In this document: positions 62,121-64,000 of the stretch, in pieces
Numbering within the stretch: position 1 is the first letter of the stretch
How the letters are laid out: each line of letters starts with the position of its first letter
Assembly (NCBI GenBank): GCA_010405405.1
Contig: MU004232.1
Location: forward strand, 1,259,481-1,323,480
Direction: 5' to 3'
Length of the DNA: 64,000 nt
Source of the DNA: Microthyrium microscopicum
Taxonomy: Eukaryota
Notes under the pieces: generated by a model
Seen by the model: only the letters and a program-made list of their open reading frames with translations
Database searches by the model: none
Told to the model about the DNA's origin: nothing
Made by a program: the position numbers and the translations under genes

Positions 62121-64000
62121 ATGGCAACCAATAATCCACCACCAATCACTCCACCGAATCCCGGAGATTATCGAGTTCGATATTCCCAAGCCGAGAACAG
62201 TCCAGGACAACCAGGGACGTTCTGGACCCAGCTGGTACCACAGACTGACGTTGCGTACAATCGCATAGTAGGCTGAGCCATCAATTGATAATTTGACTTT
62301 GCTAACTCCTGTTCCAGAGAAGGGATTTGCCCAATAACTGGGCAGCTCTAGGGGCCCCGTCTCCTATAGGACTACGAAACAATAGAGTGTGGTGCTATTT
62401 AAATGCGTCGTTGCAGCCTTGGGTAAGCGATAATCTGGCAAAACTTGATATACAATACTGGGAACTGACTGCTTCAGCTACTCGTGAATCCGAGAGTCGC
62501 GCACTTTATCAACTCCCATGATGTAGAGTCCTGTGCGGTATATCGAAGAGGAAAGGAGCTTTTGCTCGATGTGGCTCATTTCAACGATAAGCCGAAAATC
62601 AAGCCAAAAGATATGAGCGAGTGCCCCATCTGTATTCTCAAAAACTTGCTCGATTTTGCGCGTGACCCGACTCGCGCATCGAGTGCTGACTATCCGGCTT
62701 GGAGTCTTCAACGTCGTTTACTGGTATGGTGGCTTGCTGGAGCTTTCCAGTTCTGGGGTTGGACTTCTCACTATGTGCCTCAACAGTGCGACACTGAGGA
62801 ATTTCTCACTGCTCTACACAACGAGATTGAAGAGCTTCTCACTGACACTGACACAAGAGCTGTAACAAATTGGTAAGGAGCGCGATGCCTTTGCGTCTAA
62901 GTGGTAGACCTCGGTAGCTGACTTTCTTATAGTAACCGCAGTAACTTTGAAGCACTATTCAGGCATCATTATCAGGATCATCACAAATGCAAGAGTTGCG
63001 GTCAAACAAAGGTTGAGCATGGCCAGACTTTCCTGTTCCACACCTTCGTACGAAAAGCCAGGGACGGCGATTTCTCAAGATTCACCCCATTCCACTCTTA
63101 TCTGTATCGCAACCTCTGTGTACCACATAATTTGAATCCCGGCTATGGATGTAGTGGATCCCTCGGTGGATCCCTCGACAGCTGCGCGCAGAAGGCTGGG
63201 CTTGTTGACCGCGCTGTTGAGGACCAGAACGCAGACGAGGGCCGGGTTCTCATTCATACTCCTGATCTTGTAGTCTTCCAAGTTGCTCTCTTTCAAACCA
63301 GGCAATTGGAGGATAACACATTTGGGTCTCACAAGGAATTGTGTAATCCAGTGCCACCGGTAAGATTCCCTGGGTTGTAAATCACACATTTTTAGGACAT
63401 TCCATGAAGCCAAAAATATCGTAACTCCCCTTGCATTCGGTGGCATCCATAGCTTTCAATTAGGAAAGTATTTCATGGCAGCAATCGAGTGTGATGGGCG
63501 TTGAAAGGTTTTAGTCTTTTCAGCGCGTGTTGACATTGATCGCAATCTTATACTAACGACTTTCTAGCTTTGGCTGCACTTGGACGAGTATATCCCTCGC
63601 GATCTACGCGAATCACGAGCGTACGATGCAGGACAATGGCGTTACAAATTTGCTGGTGTGTTATATCACATGGGGGGAAGCGTAGAAAGGGGGCATTATG
63701 TTTCGAACTTTCATGTCCCTGCCAAGAATGGACAACCAAGCCGCATGGTATACTTTAACGATCTGGAAACACCAGTAGTCCAGTCTCAGGCTACACCCAC
63801 ATCACATATTCTGAGGGGCTCGCCATCGGGAACCAAGACCTATAAAAACATCAATCCGTATCTCTTTTACTATGTTCGAGCACCCTTGGAAAGCTTGCCA
63901 TTTGAGAAGGCCAAGGAGAAGAAGGAAAAGAAGACTGAGGCAAAGAAGCAGAAGGAAGCCAAAAAGCAAGCCCGAATCGAGAAAGAAGCTCAAAAGAGGG
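62121..64000 (+). CDS. Divergent ubiquitin-specific protease (USP/C19), runs off the window; introns 62268-62317, 62423-62477, 62873-~62932, 63360-63567
   Basis: Cys box GLRNNRVWCYLNASLQ; QQCDTEEFL; CKSC finger; His box YKFAGVLYHMGGSVERGHYV..YFND..NPYLFYYVR. Confidence 0.82.

Overview
Gene-dense, intron-rich eukaryotic DNA from a filamentous ascomycete (Pezizomycotina, plausibly Dothideomycetes). The evidence is short GT-AG introns with CTRAC branch points, fungal gene families and a RIP-mutated transposon. I could build about 27 spliced gene models. Housekeeping genes: SNRNP27, ELP5, LOG, RRP36, HUS1, ANP1/VAN1-family, GEA2/GBF1, AVT3/4, RPC82, QCR2, ATP15. Accessory genes: a tandem pair of secreted GQSCGG alpha/beta-hydrolases sharing an exact 15-bp promoter element, a C-terminal-CFEM protein, a 10-Cys Kex2-processed secreted peptide, a Gly/Met/Gln repeat protein, an MFS transporter, a Zn2Cys6 TF, a kelch-TM protein and a tandem pair of divergent USP deubiquitinases (one broken). 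Mobile DNA: a RIP-inactivated Tc1-like element with DD38E spacing and an adjacent intact 214-bp MITE. The least explained signals are a ~390-nt intergenic block tiled by consecutive hairpins (16.1-16.5 kb), a structured intron present in only one USP paralog, and a Dig1-like MAPK-docking protein. All calls come from reading motifs by eye; no database search was run, and exon boundaries are manual.
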